Below are positions 39,817-49,319 of a stretch of DNA of 64,000 bases, piece by piece. The position numbers and the translations under genes are program-made. Within the stretch, counting starts at the first letter, position 1. Every line of letters begins with the position of its first letter. The notes below the pieces were generated by a model. It had not been told where the DNA came from and did not search any database. It saw only the letters and a program-made list of their open reading frames with translations. Source of the stretch: Gammaproteobacteria bacterium (lineage in GTDB: Bacteria; Pseudomonadota; Gammaproteobacteria; Ga0077536); the NCBI GenBank assembly GCA_965223085.1, contig OZ244981.1, positions 577,161 to 641,160 on the forward strand, read 5' to 3'.

Positions 39817-40059
39817 CTAAGCAATGCCGGTAACGGATCCCGCAAGCCAACTGCCGGTTGGTCGCCCCACCAGTGCACCATTGGTATGGCACTGACCACA
39901 GCCCAGCAAGGTAGTCAGGTACTCGCCGCGCGCGCCATCGCTGGCCGTTGCGTCTGCACCGATGCGATTGTTGTTTCCGGCGCACGCTGTCAGTACAACT
40001 GCAGCGATGAGCGTGGTCACCATTGCCACAAGTTGGTGTCGCATTTTACTGGTTTGCAT
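39817..40059 (-). pseudogene. lipoprotein-type c-type cytochrome, N-terminal fragment truncated by the IS3 remnant
   Basis: [28 protein letters not shown].. (lipobox) ..[18 protein letters not shown] (CxxCH). The ORF ends at the IS3 fragment boundary. Confidence 0.45.
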
Positions 40060-40116
40060 TGCCGCGCTCCTTTGTCTGCCGGTTCACCGGCGGTGGGGAT
40101 TTGATGCGGTGACTAA

Positions 40117-41385
40117 ATGTTCTCGCCACCACCAAGGGATTATGATGGGCGATATATGAGCGACAAACCAACGGCAGATAACCATAACAGACTCAGCCGT
40201 CGTCTGAATCTGCCGATGTTACTTTTGTATGGCATCGGTACCACAGTCGGCGCCGGTATCTATGCACTGCTGGGTGAGATTGCGCGACTCGCGGGCTCGC
40301 TAGCGCCGTGGTCGTTTCTACTCGCTTCGCTGTTGGCGGCGTTTACGGCACTGTCGTTTGCCGAGCTTTCTAGTCGTTATCCACAGGCCGCAGCAACCGC
40401 CATGTATGTGCAACAGGGGTTCCGTTCCAGCAAACTGGGAACGGTGGTTGGCGCCCTGGTGGCGCTAGCAGGCATCGTTTCCAGTGCGGCGTTGCTTAAT
40501 GGCATGGCCAACTATCTGCTACCGATATTGGACGTGTCCCGTACGGTTATCGTCGTCAGCGGTCTTGTTGTGCTGACGCTGCTGGCCATCTGGGGCATAG
40601 CCCAGTCGGCATTGGTAGCAGGGCTGATTTGCCTGGCTGAGATCGGCGGTTTGCTGTGGATCTCTTGGCTCTGTTTTCATGCCATAGAACCGGGCACCGT
40701 TGACTGGGTGCAGTTGCAACCGAGCTGGAAGCATGGGCCCGCCGTAATCACCGCCGCGGTCCTGGCTTTTTATGCCTACATTGGCTTCGAAGACATGGTG
40801 GAGGTGGCAGAAGAAGTACAGGATGTACGCATAACGCTGCCGCTGGCCATCATCGCCACGTTGGTGATTACAACAATCCTGTACCTAGTCCTGTTGATAT
40901 GTGCCCAGTTTGCCGTCAGCGCTCAGACCCTGGCGCTATCGGAAGCACCGATGGCGGACTTGTATCGCATCCTCACCGGTCACGACCCATACGTCATTAC
41001 GCTGATCGGTGTCGCCGCCATTGTCAACGGCATACTCATTCAACTGATCATGGCTTCGCGAGTGGTGTATGGACTGGCCGATCGCGGCCAGATACCTCGT
41101 TGGCTGGCTGCGGTTAACCCGGTTACCCATACACCCATCCGCGCCACCCTGCTGATCGCCGGTATCGTTCTGGTGCTGGCGTTGTGGGGATCGCTGGCTG
41201 GCTTGGCGAGCACGACATCGATCATCATGCTCATCGTCTTCGCGTTGGCGAACCTCAGTCTCTGGCTGCTCAAACGCTGGCGCGAGCCAGGCCCAAGCAG
41301 CGGGATCCAGTTGCCCGCTTGGATACCCTTGTGCGGGTTTGTCGTCTGCATCGCCGTTGTCGGTTGGACGTTGCTTAGATATTGA
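40117..41385 (+). CDS. APC-superfamily amino-acid/polyamine permease
   Basis: About 410-420 aa, multi-TM, ..LPMLLLYGIGTTVGAGIYALLGEIA.. The alternative start is 40156 (MSDKP..). Confidence 0.75.
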   Translation: MFSPPPRDYDGRYMSDKPTADNHNRLSRRLNLPMLLLYGIGTTVGAGIYALLGEIARLAGSLAPWSFLLASLLAAFTALSFAELSSRYPQAAATAMYVQQGFRSSKLGTVVGALVALAGIVSSAALLNGMANYLLPILDVSRTVIVVSGLVVLTLLAIWGIAQSALVAGLICLAEIGGLLWISWLCFHAIEPGTVDWVQLQPSWKHGPAVITAAVLAFYAYIGFEDMVEVAEEVQDVRITLPLAIIATLVITTILYLVLLICAQFAVSAQTLALSEAPMADLYRILTGHDPYVITLIGVAAIVNGILIQLIMASRVVYGLADRGQIPRWLAAVNPVTHTPIRATLLIAGIVLVLALWGSLAGLASTTSIIMLIVFALANLSLWLLKRWREPGPSSGIQLPAWIPLCGFVVCIAVVGWTLLRY

Positions 41386-41405
41386 TCGCACCATTCATCA
41401 GGGCA

Positions 41406-41808
41406 ACTATGAAATCCGACATCAAGATCGTGCTCGCTGGCCCGTACGGCAGCGCGCTTTTCAACTACGTGACCACCGGCGAAGCCACCATGACACCGGG
41501 GCCGTCGATCACCGAAGGTATCGGCAACTCACGCGTCACCGACAATTTCGACGGCACCGAGATCGATTGGGCGGTCCAGATTCCCGACCACAACATGGTG
41601 ACCATGGTTTACCGGATGCTGAAAAAGGATGGTTGGTTCTTCGGCTCGAGCACCGGTATCAACCTCTGCGGCGCCGTCCAAGTCGCGCGTGAGCTGGGCC
41701 CGGTCACACGATCGTCACGATGCTCTGCGATGACGGCAGCAAATACCAATCGAGCCTATTCAATCCCGAATTGCTGGCGGAACGAGAGCTCGACCCCAGC
41801 GTCGACTA
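41406..41808 (+). pseudogene. 5'-truncated, frameshifted C-terminal fragment of a PLP-dependent cysteine-synthase/CBS-family enzyme
   Basis: ..IKIVLAGPYGSALFNYVTTGEATMTPGPSITEGIGNSRVTDNF..GWFFGSSTGINLCGAVQVAREL matches the PALP C-terminal region. The end (..PGHTIVTMLCDDGSKYQSSLFNPELL..*) is in another frame. The N-terminal roughly 200 aa are missing. Confidence 0.5.
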
Positions 41809-41834
41809 AGCAACGAAGCGACAGAGTAGGAACC

Positions 41835-42602
41835 ATGGCGACAATTAATCGGGACGGCGTCAGCGTCTACTACGAACGGCATCCGTCGCAACGTGACGAT
41901 GCCCGCACGATCCGCTTGTCCCACGGGTACAGCGCAACCGCCGGGGTGTGGCGCGGCCAGATCGACGCGTTGACCCGAACGCTCGGCCTCATCGTCTGGG
42001 ACGTGCGCGGCCACGGCCAATCGGATCCGCCCGAGGATCTGGACCAGTACACCGAGGCCCTGACCATCGGCGACATGGCTGCCATCTTGGATGCGTGCGA
42101 AGTCGAGAGAGTCATCAGCAGGGGATTGTCGCTCGGCGGTTACCTGTCTCTTGCGTTCCACCGCGATTTCCCGGAACGCACGGAAGCCCTTCTGCTATGC
42201 GACACGGGGCCCGGGTGTCGAAACGACAAGGCCCGTGAAGCCTGGGATCGCATGGCCAGGAGCCGCGCAGACGCGCTCGACCGCGATGGGTTATCCGCGC
42301 TGGGCGCTGGCGCTGAAGTGCGGGCAAGCCAACACCGTTCTGCAGCTGGATTAGCCAATGCCGCCCGTGGAATTCTCGTTCAGTTCGACGATCGCGTCGT
42401 CGCCTCGCTGCCGGAGATTGAAATCCCCACGCTCGTCCTCGTCGGCGCCAACGAGGAGGCATTCCTAACGCCGAGCGAGTACATGGCAAACAAGATTCTG
42501 AACGCAGAACGCGTGACCCTGGGCGACGCAGGTCACGCAGCGAATACCGATCAGCCGGAAGGGTTCAATCAAGCCGTCATCGGGTTTCTCGGCGGCCTTT
42601 AG
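41835..42602 (+). CDS. alpha/beta-hydrolase fold protein
   Basis: MATINRDGVSVYYERHPS..VWDVRGHGQSD..GLSLGGYLSL (GxSxG nucleophile elbow)..GDAGHAAN. 256 aa. Confidence 0.7.
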   Translation: MATINRDGVSVYYERHPSQRDDARTIRLSHGYSATAGVWRGQIDALTRTLGLIVWDVRGHGQSDPPEDLDQYTEALTIGDMAAILDACEVERVISRGLSLGGYLSLAFHRDFPERTEALLLCDTGPGCRNDKAREAWDRMARSRADALDRDGLSALGAGAEVRASQHRSAAGLANAARGILVQFDDRVVASLPEIEIPTLVLVGANEEAFLTPSEYMANKILNAERVTLGDAGHAANTDQPEGFNQAVIGFLGGL

Positions 42603-43456
42603 AGGTCGAGCGGCAGCTTCGCGGTCGGCACCGCCAACCCCGGCACGCCGGCGCGGTATTTGAATACTCCACCTCGCGTCTCTCCCTCCAATCCGTTGGA
42701 GCCGGAGACAATGTAGAGATCCTGCAAATCGTCGCCGCCGAAGCAAACGCTCGTGCACATCGGATGCGGAATCTCGATTTTCTCGCGCAAAGCGCCTTGC
42801 ACATCGTAGACGCCCACGCCTGATCCTCCGGCCAGCGCTACCCAAACCGCGCCGTCCTCGGACACGACCAGCCCATCTGGCGCACCGTCTTCCGTCTCGA
42901 CGAAAACCTCCTTCTCGCCCAGCGATCCGTCATCGCGGACGTCGTAGCAACAAACCGCGCTTCTCCCTGAGTCACTGTGATAGAGTCGCTTGTTGTCGGG
43001 CGAAAATCCCAGACCGTTCGTCAAGCGAACGTCTTGGACGACGACGCTGACCGATCCATCGAGGTCGATCAGGTAGAGGTTCCCGGACTGTGGCGGCCGA
43101 CCGTCTTCGAACACAGGGCTCGAGCTGAGGCCGCCGGCGTAGACTCTGCCTTGCACGTCGGTCGTTATGTCGTTGAAACCGACGAGGCCTTGCTCTTCGT
43201 TCCGGTCGAACAGGACGATCGTATCGCCGCCGGCGAAACTCTTGTAAGCGATGTTGCGCCCGCTAATGACCAGACCGCCAGCTTCATGCAGCGACATACC
43301 GCCGATCCCGCGCCGATGCGGGAAGACCTCCTCGACGTCGCCACCGGGAGTCAGGCAAAACACGCCGCCCTGCAAGACGTCGCTGAACATCAAACCGCGC
43401 CCCGGCACCCAAACCGGGCCTTCGATGAGCCCGAATCCTTCGGTCAATGTTTCCAC
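42599..43456 (-). CDS. SMP-30/gluconolactonase/LRE-family beta-propeller hydrolase
   Basis: METLTEGFGLIEGPVWVPGRGLMFSDV..TNGLGFSPDNKRLYHSDS..PDGLVVSEDGAVWVA.. are SGL-family blades. Confidence 0.75.
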   Translation of the reverse strand: METLTEGFGLIEGPVWVPGRGLMFSDVLQGGVFCLTPGGDVEEVFPHRRGIGGMSLHEAGGLVISGRNIAYKSFAGGDTIVLFDRNEEQGLVGFNDITTDVQGRVYAGGLSSSPVFEDGRPPQSGNLYLIDLDGSVSVVVQDVRLTNGLGFSPDNKRLYHSDSGRSAVCCYDVRDDGSLGEKEVFVETEDGAPDGLVVSEDGAVWVALAGGSGVGVYDVQGALREKIEIPHPMCTSVCFGGDDLQDLYIVSGSNGLEGETRGGVFKYRAGVPGLAVPTAKLPLDL

Positions 43457-43604
43457 AGCTTACCCCTCGCGATTTGCCTCAGAGATTTCGACCGAAAAGC
43501 CCAAAGAGCCCCTCCCAGTGCCTTTCCGCGGATGCCTTGTGATACATGCCGTCACGCAGCGGGAACACGAATCCGTGGTGAGTGCCAGGATACGACTCGA
43601 TCGT

Positions 43605-44049
43605 TTAGTCGATACCCGTGTCGGCGAGAGACGCGTCGAGACCGTCAATCATCTCGCGCGGCGCCCACTCGTCCGTCTCGGCACAACCGAAATACATCTC
43701 GCCCGTGATCTTGTGTGCATCGAGGTGCGGCGAGTCGCTCGCGTCGTTGAACAGCCGCACGCCATGCAGAGATGCACTCGCTTTGATGCGATCCGGGAAC
43801 GCAGACGCCGCCGCGAAGGCGAGCGGTCCGCTCATGCAGTAGCCCACGCATCCGATCGCGCCGTTCCGCGCCGCCGAATCCTCCGCGGCAAAGTCGAACA
43901 TCGTCTGAATGTCTTCGCAGACCATGGCATTCGTCAGCGCGTTCATGTGCCCAAACATCTCTTCGTGCTTATCCGGCCCCACCATGAACTCGCGCGCTGT
44001 CCGGTAGTATGAGGTTCGACAGCATGACATAATAGCCCACCGTCGCAAT
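43605..44049 (-). pseudogene. dienelactone-hydrolase-family protein, C-terminal roughly 125 aa only (N-terminus replaced by IS-derived sequence)
   Basis: ..IGCVGYCMSGPLAFAAASAFPDRIKASASLHG...YFGCAETDEWAP.. is DLH-like. The apparent start (MVVRSSIPRRG) is encoded by the 62-bp IS110-related repeat. Confidence 0.4.
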
Positions 44050-44112
44050 GCGCCGCGCCGAGGAATACTCGACCGCACCACCACGTCGCAGTGATACCCT
44101 CGGCTTTAAGGG
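44050..44112. repeat. 62-bp IS110-transposase-derived repeat, copy 1 (copy 2 at 59530..59592)
   Basis: ccgcgccgaggaatactcgaccgcaccaccacgtcgcagtgataccctcggc(c)tttaagggcg is near-identical at both loci. At 59530 it is embedded in an IS110-family tnp pseudogene. Confidence 0.7.
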
Positions 44113-44157
44113 CGCGCTGCAGCGAAAAACCGACCTAGGACGCTTCATAGCACAGCG

Positions 44158-44442
44158 TCAGATCGACATCGCCGAAATACTGATGGGCGTTCTCGAGCTG
44201 CTGCACCAGGCCATGCAACGTCGCTCGACACCGAAAATCCAGCGCCGACCCATGGTCATCTCGTCCGCTTCATCGGGGCGATAGCGGCCGATGCGGGTAT
44301 TACGTTTGAGTTCACGCCCGATAGTGCTGCGATGCCGACCGAGCTTGCGGGCTATTTCAGCGTGACAACACCCTTGCAATCTCAATGCGTGAAGCATATA
44401 TCTTTCACCTGAGGTGAGTTGGTGGTATTTCATCGTGTGCAC
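44158..44442 (-). pseudogene. N-terminal fragment of an IS30-family transposase (HTH)
   Basis: MKYHQLTSGERYMLHALRLQGCCHAEIARKLGRHRSTIGRELKRNTRIGRYRPDEAD matches the IS30 N-terminal HTH. It degenerates after that. Confidence 0.6.
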
Positions 44443-44637
44443 CCTATTCCGCTAAGATGAGAATGCTGATGAGCATCCCAGCTCGCCTCACTTAATTCGA
44501 TAGCGTATTTTTTTCGTGTTGCACTTACATTGTGAATCCAAGGCTCGTCATTTAGGATCGAGGACGCACTTATGAAAGCCGCGGACAATACGGCACTGGT
44601 CTGGGGCCTGCTGGTTCGAATTGGCAACAGTCGCGCC

Positions 44638-45375
44638 TCAATCCGCGTTCGTCCGATCCGTCGGTAATCCGCTCAGCACCTTCTTGCCCGAAACCATCGC
44701 GGATATCAGATTGCCGCCGTCGCGCAGCTCGGTCACGACGACTGCCAGGATATGTATCACACCGAATGCGAGTAGCACGAAGAAACCGTAATAATGGACG
44801 GTTATGAAAGGTTTGCGGAAGGCGCGCATCGCCTCATAGGCGGTATCGTCATACATCTCCTGCGCGTAAGGTACCAACGTTGCCGGATCGATCCCTGGAT
44901 TGGCGATCCAGCCGGCAATCCACGCACCGATGGGCGGGTAGAACAGATCTGTGCCCGCCAGTACCAGTCCCGTGAGTGCCTGCGACAACAACAGCAGCAG
45001 CAGGAGAGTAACCGCGATGCGCCCGATCGGATTGTGGCCGAGGTACGGGCGTGGCCGCCCGGCGCGGAAATCGGCAATGTAACCGCGCACCTCGTTCCTG
45101 TAGCCACGCCCGCCCGGGAGAATTGCCCGCCAGCGCGCATGTGGTCCGCCGATAAATGCCCAGACAAGACGCCACAATAGATTCGCCGCGAACACGTAAC
45201 CAATCCAGACGTGCACGGTTTTCAGCAGAATCTTGCCGTCGTTGGTCACCCCGAGCGCCTTCGCGTTGAGGATAACCACGCCCACGGCGATCAGCCCGAG
45301 CATACACAGCAGATTGATCCAGTGAAACCAGCGAACGTTGGCGTCCCAGGCGGAATATGCTTTGAGGTCGGTCAT
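44638..45375 (-). CDS. b-type cytochrome (cytochrome b561 / Ni-Fe hydrogenase cytochrome-b-like family)
   Basis: MTDLKAYSAWDANVRWFHWINLLCMLGLIAVG..VHVWIGYVF... Four TM helices with conserved His. AGGAG RBS. Last gene of a three-gene operon. Confidence 0.7.
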   Translation of the reverse strand: MTDLKAYSAWDANVRWFHWINLLCMLGLIAVGVVILNAKALGVTNDGKILLKTVHVWIGYVFAANLLWRLVWAFIGGPHARWRAILPGGRGYRNEVRGYIADFRAGRPRPYLGHNPIGRIAVTLLLLLLLSQALTGLVLAGTDLFYPPIGAWIAGWIANPGIDPATLVPYAQEMYDDTAYEAMRAFRKPFITVHYYGFFVLLAFGVIHILAVVVTELRDGGNLISAMVSGKKVLSGLPTDRTNAD

Positions 45376-45411
45376 GGCGATGCTCCTGTATTTCGTACTC
45401 ACTATGAGTTT

Positions 45412-46203
45412 CTAATCGTCATCATGCTTTCGTTCTTTCCGTTTCAGGTCGGGACGCCGGGAGTCGGTTTTGCGCTCCCCGGACCCCAGGCGTTTTTGCT
45501 TCCAGAGGCGTTCCGCCTCATCTTCGTCGCCGCTGCGATGGCACTCTTCGCAGTTTTCATAATCGTAGATCCCCTCCTCGACATGCTCTTCACGAACATT
45601 GGACCGTGAGTGCTCATGGCAACCGTAGCAAGTGTAATTGCCGTAGTCGTTGTTCATATGACAGGTACTGCATTCCGTGGTGTGATCTTTGTCAAACCGG
45701 AAGTATTTATCATGATCGAACGTAGCTGGGATCCAGTGTTCCTCCGTATGACACTGCCCGCAGTCGCCCTTGATACTCTGATGGAGGCTGTCACCTGGAT
45801 TGCTGTGACAGCCGTCGCACTGCTCTCGCGCCGCAGGCTCCAGCAGTTGGTGAGAGAACTGGCTGATGGGGCGGAAGGCCTGCACGCCTTTATGGTCGCT
45901 ATGGCAACCAATGCAATCTTTCGCAAGTAGTTTCTGGTGGAACGAAACATTCTTCTTCTCCTTGGCGATCGACCGTCCCTTGGTGGTTTCCAGGCCAATT
46001 TCCTCCACTTTGTGGCATCGGATGCACTTCTCGGGGGAACTTCCGATAAATACACTGTGGCAGGCGAAGCAATCGGTGGTGAGTTCCAGGTGGGCGTCAA
46101 TCAGCTTGCCTGGACTGACCATCAGATGAGGATAAAGGAACACCAGCAGCAATACCGCTGCCAGACTGGCTACGACGGTAGCGATGACGGTCTTTTTTTT
46201 CAT
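45412..46203 (-). CDS. octaheme c-type cytochrome (8 CxxCH in about 264 aa), N-terminal signal anchor
   Basis: CFACH, CIRCH, CIGCH, CDGCH, CGQCH, CSTCH, CYGCH, CEECH. The start ATG overlaps the upstream gene's stop (ATGA) and is followed by an A9 run (MKKK). Confidence 0.8.
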   Translation of the reverse strand: MKKKTVIATVVASLAAVLLLVFLYPHLMVSPGKLIDAHLELTTDCFACHSVFIGSSPEKCIRCHKVEEIGLETTKGRSIAKEKKNVSFHQKLLAKDCIGCHSDHKGVQAFRPISQFSHQLLEPAAREQCDGCHSNPGDSLHQSIKGDCGQCHTEEHWIPATFDHDKYFRFDKDHTTECSTCHMNNDYGNYTCYGCHEHSRSNVREEHVEEGIYDYENCEECHRSGDEDEAERLWKQKRLGSGERKTDSRRPDLKRKERKHDDD

Positions 46204-46778
46204 CGCCACTCCCAAAACAAAAAGATACTGAGGATATGGGAGATGCTGAGGACTGCGAATACCAGTGTGATCGGAAGATGTATCTCCCGCCATTTTTTCA
46301 TGGCGTCCAGCGCTGTGGCGTCCCAGAAGAGTTTCTTTTCGACAGCCTCGCCGGTCAGACCCTGCCGGGCATAGTCTTCTTGCTTCTCTGCCAGGAAGCG
46401 ACGCGAACGGCCCAGCAGATACTTGCCCGTCATGCCGCTGATAACGTTAATCAGCATGGCGAGGAGCGCCAGCCAAGGCAGGATAGTATAGATATGCACG
46501 CCCGCGTGCACGAGGATCATCAGGGCCCCCAACCAAGTCAGGGTTTCATGCAGGATAAGCAGATTCCTGGGTTTACCCACTGTGATCAATTTGCGCTTAC
46601 GCATGGAGTAGAAGAACGACACTAGTATCAGAATGACACCGGGTATCCCCAGATAACGTCCCACCCAGACCAGATCGAACAGATGGAGCAGCGCATCGAT
46701 TATCGTGGTCGAAACGATAAGCGCTCCAAACATCCCCAGAAACGGAAGGACTTCCTTGCGAATGAGTGAACGCTCCAT
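46200..46778 (-). CDS. integral membrane protein (4 predicted TM), first gene of the cytochrome operon
   Basis: 192 aa, hydrophobic segments (..LPFLGMFGALIVSTTIIDALL.., ..GVILILVSFFYS.., ..WLGALMILVHAGVHIYTILPWLALLAMLINVISG.., ..LPITLVFAVLSISHILSIFLFW). No recognisable motif. Confidence 0.55.
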   Translation of the reverse strand: MERSLIRKEVLPFLGMFGALIVSTTIIDALLHLFDLVWVGRYLGIPGVILILVSFFYSMRKRKLITVGKPRNLLILHETLTWLGALMILVHAGVHIYTILPWLALLAMLINVISGMTGKYLLGRSRRFLAEKQEDYARQGLTGEAVEKKLFWDATALDAMKKWREIHLPITLVFAVLSISHILSIFLFWEWR

Positions 46779-46869
46779 AGCACCCCCATACGGCCAATGC
46801 GGGTACTGTCAACTTAACTTTTCGACGTCAGAGAAATCAAGCAATTCGTGGCGCTTACGCGACCGCATA

Positions 46870-47551
46870 TTCTCAAGACGCAAACGCCTGCGAACGAAAA
46901 TACCGATAATTCTTCGCCGAAATAAGGTGACGGCCAAGATTGAATAAATTATGTACCGCTGCGTGAACCGTCAAGAAACGCTGGCACTGCTTTGCCGATT
47001 TGAATCGATGCATCACCCGCTCTCTAACTCGTGTCGACTGATGCGATAGTTCGGCGCGATTATTGGCGTATTACGATGTGTCGTGGGTCGTCTGTGGCAT
47101 TAGTTCCCGATGAGCGACGCCATAGCTTTTCAACTTGTCCGTTACGATCGTTTTCGGCTCCTGCCGATGCGTTTTCAATAAACGCTTGAAAAATCGTTTG
47201 GCTGTCTTGGCGTCTCGTCGACGCTGAATAAACACGTCGATGAACTCGCTATCCTGATCGACAGCTCGCCACAAATAATGTTGCACACCACCGATCTTAA
47301 CGAACACTTCGTCCAGGTAAAAAGTATCGCCGTAGCCTCGGTGATTGCGTTTCAATCGTCACGCATACCCCGACCCAAATTTAATGCACCATAACCGGAT
47401 CGATTCATAGCTCACGACAATGCCTCGTTCTGCGAGTATATCTTCAACGTCTCGATGACTGAGATTGAACCGAAAGTAGGTCCACACCGCATATTGAATT
47501 ATTTCTGCCGGAAAACTGCGCCGTGTGTACAGCGGTCTAGGATGTACTCAT
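46870..47551 (-). pseudogene. IS6-family (IS6100-like) transposase with in-frame TAG, TGA and TAA codons and one frameshift
   Basis: MSTS*TAVHTAQ / (frameshift) FPAEIIQYAVWTYFRFNLSHRDVEDILAERGIVVSYESIRLWCIKFGSGYA*RLKRNHRGYGDTFYLDEVFVKIGGVQHYLWRAVDQDSEF...TIVTDKLKSYGVAHRELMPQTTHDTS*YANNRAELSHQSTRVRERVMHRFKSAKQCQRFLTVHAAVHNLFNLGRH.. Confidence 0.7.
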
Positions 47552-48016
47552 CGAATCATTACCGTTCAACGCTACTTAAGTTGCCAATACCAACTCGACT
47601 ACGCGATCATCGTGCTCGAAGGCCCGGCTGCGCTGGCGGCTATCGATGAGAACGGCGAAGAGACCTTTCGGTTCGAAACCGTGAGGTTGGTCCGCACGAA
47701 TCTATCATTGAAGACGGCGAGGTCGTGTCGCCCTCAATTGGTTTGGGTGCACCCGCTGCGCAGGCAGCAAACAATGGCGGCGATGCGTTCCGCCACGAAA
47801 TCTTAATTGAGTATAAGAAGCACGTTTAAGCGCCATGAATCCCACCTCAAGCCTGCGCCAATCTATTGTGGTCAATCTCGATGGGGGTTTCCCAACGCCA
47901 AATCAGATTACGGGATAAGCCACCATATGGCGCAACATTGCCCGAGTGCGCCTTATCGTTAAATCTACTCAGCCCCTAAACAACCCGGCTGGCCTGAGGG
48001 GCACAACCGGACCAGG

Positions 48017-49189
48017 TTGATTTTTGTGTTCAAAGCGACCGACGGTCGACCCTTAGCGACCACACTGACAGGATCTCTCCCACGACCCAGCTGGTTTATC
48101 GAGAATCTACGCGGCCGCCCATTCTCTCTGGCCATGGCTGATCTCCATTTTCGTGAACAGTACTGCGACACGCTGGCGACACACTTCTGTGACCAGTCGA
48201 TGGCAGGGCTTGAGATCCTCGTCGATGGCGACTCGCGTTTCGACGCCGATGTAGGTGGCCGCGCTTGGTTCGCTTACATGTTTGAACGCATGGGTGGCTT
48301 GGAAAAGCCGGCCTTGCAAGTGCCAGGATGGTCGTCTCCTCGCGAACAACAGCGCGGCGATATTTTGCAGCGCGTCGGAGAATGTCGAGTGCCAGCTTCC
48401 GTGACCGGTGAGATCACGCCCGGCGATCTCGAATACACCGAGCTGTGGAAGACTGCTCAGAGTATGACTTCAAAACCAGTAAAACTGGGTAGCTGCTGCG
48501 CGCAACTGCTAGACACAGTTGTCGTAAATCAATATTACAAACAGCAACAGGAAGTCACAAATGCCATAGCGGATTCTATGAACTCCGAATACCACCGACT
48601 TGCCGATGCCGGCGCACCAGTGATTCAACTAGAAGAGCCACTGATACAATATGTCGCGCCGCTGGATGGTGGTAAGAAACAAGCAGAGAAATACGTAGAG
48701 GTTTTTAATCGTGAAGTCGATGGCTTGCGGGACAAAACCGAGGTTTGGGCACATACATGTTGGGGCAACCCACTGGCCCAGCGCGTTGAAGTCGTACCGG
48801 ACTACAACCCGGGTTTAGCGTATTTAAATGCCCTGGATGTTGACGTCATTACATTCGAGACGGCTAGCGACGGGGGAGAAAACCTGGAGGCGATTGCCGA
48901 CGCGATTAGTAAAGATAAAAAGATCGCAATCGGCGCGATCCATCATCGGAGCCTCGAGATCGAACGACCCGATCAAGTCGCCGAAATCGTCCGTCGCGCG
49001 GCGAAACTGATTGGGCCTGAGCGGTTGATCATAAGCTCTGACTGCGGATTCGGTCGTCAAGGCATGAGTCGCATGCACGCGTTTTTCAAAATGGTGTCGC
49101 TGCGATTGGGAGTCAATATTGTTCGCAAAGAATTCGGATTGGACGAAATACCCAGCCTCGCGGCCGATCCCAGATACGCCTTAATTTAG
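48017..49189 (+). CDS. MetE-like Zn-dependent methyltransferase, paralog 3 (about 90% identical to paralog 2)
   Basis: MIFVFKATDGRPLATTLTGSLPRPSWF..IQLEEPLIQ..WAHTCWGNP..SSDCGFGRQG. Lies immediately upstream of the Mo-hydroxylase cluster. Confidence 0.8.
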   Translation: MIFVFKATDGRPLATTLTGSLPRPSWFIENLRGRPFSLAMADLHFREQYCDTLATHFCDQSMAGLEILVDGDSRFDADVGGRAWFAYMFERMGGLEKPALQVPGWSSPREQQRGDILQRVGECRVPASVTGEITPGDLEYTELWKTAQSMTSKPVKLGSCCAQLLDTVVVNQYYKQQQEVTNAIADSMNSEYHRLADAGAPVIQLEEPLIQYVAPLDGGKKQAEKYVEVFNREVDGLRDKTEVWAHTCWGNPLAQRVEVVPDYNPGLAYLNALDVDVITFETASDGGENLEAIADAISKDKKIAIGAIHHRSLEIERPDQVAEIVRRAAKLIGPERLIISSDCGFGRQGMSRMHAFFKMVSLRLGVNIVRKEFGLDEIPSLAADPRYALI

Positions 49190-49319
49190 GGTCCCACGGT
49201 TGTGAACTTTATAACGGACGCAAGGAATCCACTTTGTAGAAATGACGCCGTCAGCAGCAGATTAAGCCTTGCCCTCGGTTTTTAGATTTACCACAGCACA
49301 ACGACACCGAACGTTACCG

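Noticed and set aside
46981-47000. GGCACTGCTTTGCC, resembling the IS26/IS6 terminal inverted repeat (GGCACTGTTGCAAA)
   Set aside because: It lies inside the IS6 transposase coding sequence (codes ..AKQCQ..) and has no inverted partner at a plausible distance.
47525-47806. 93-aa ORF on the plus strand next to the IS6 remnant
   Set aside because: No motif, and it overlaps the degraded IS6 transposase region on the opposite strand. Most likely non-coding.
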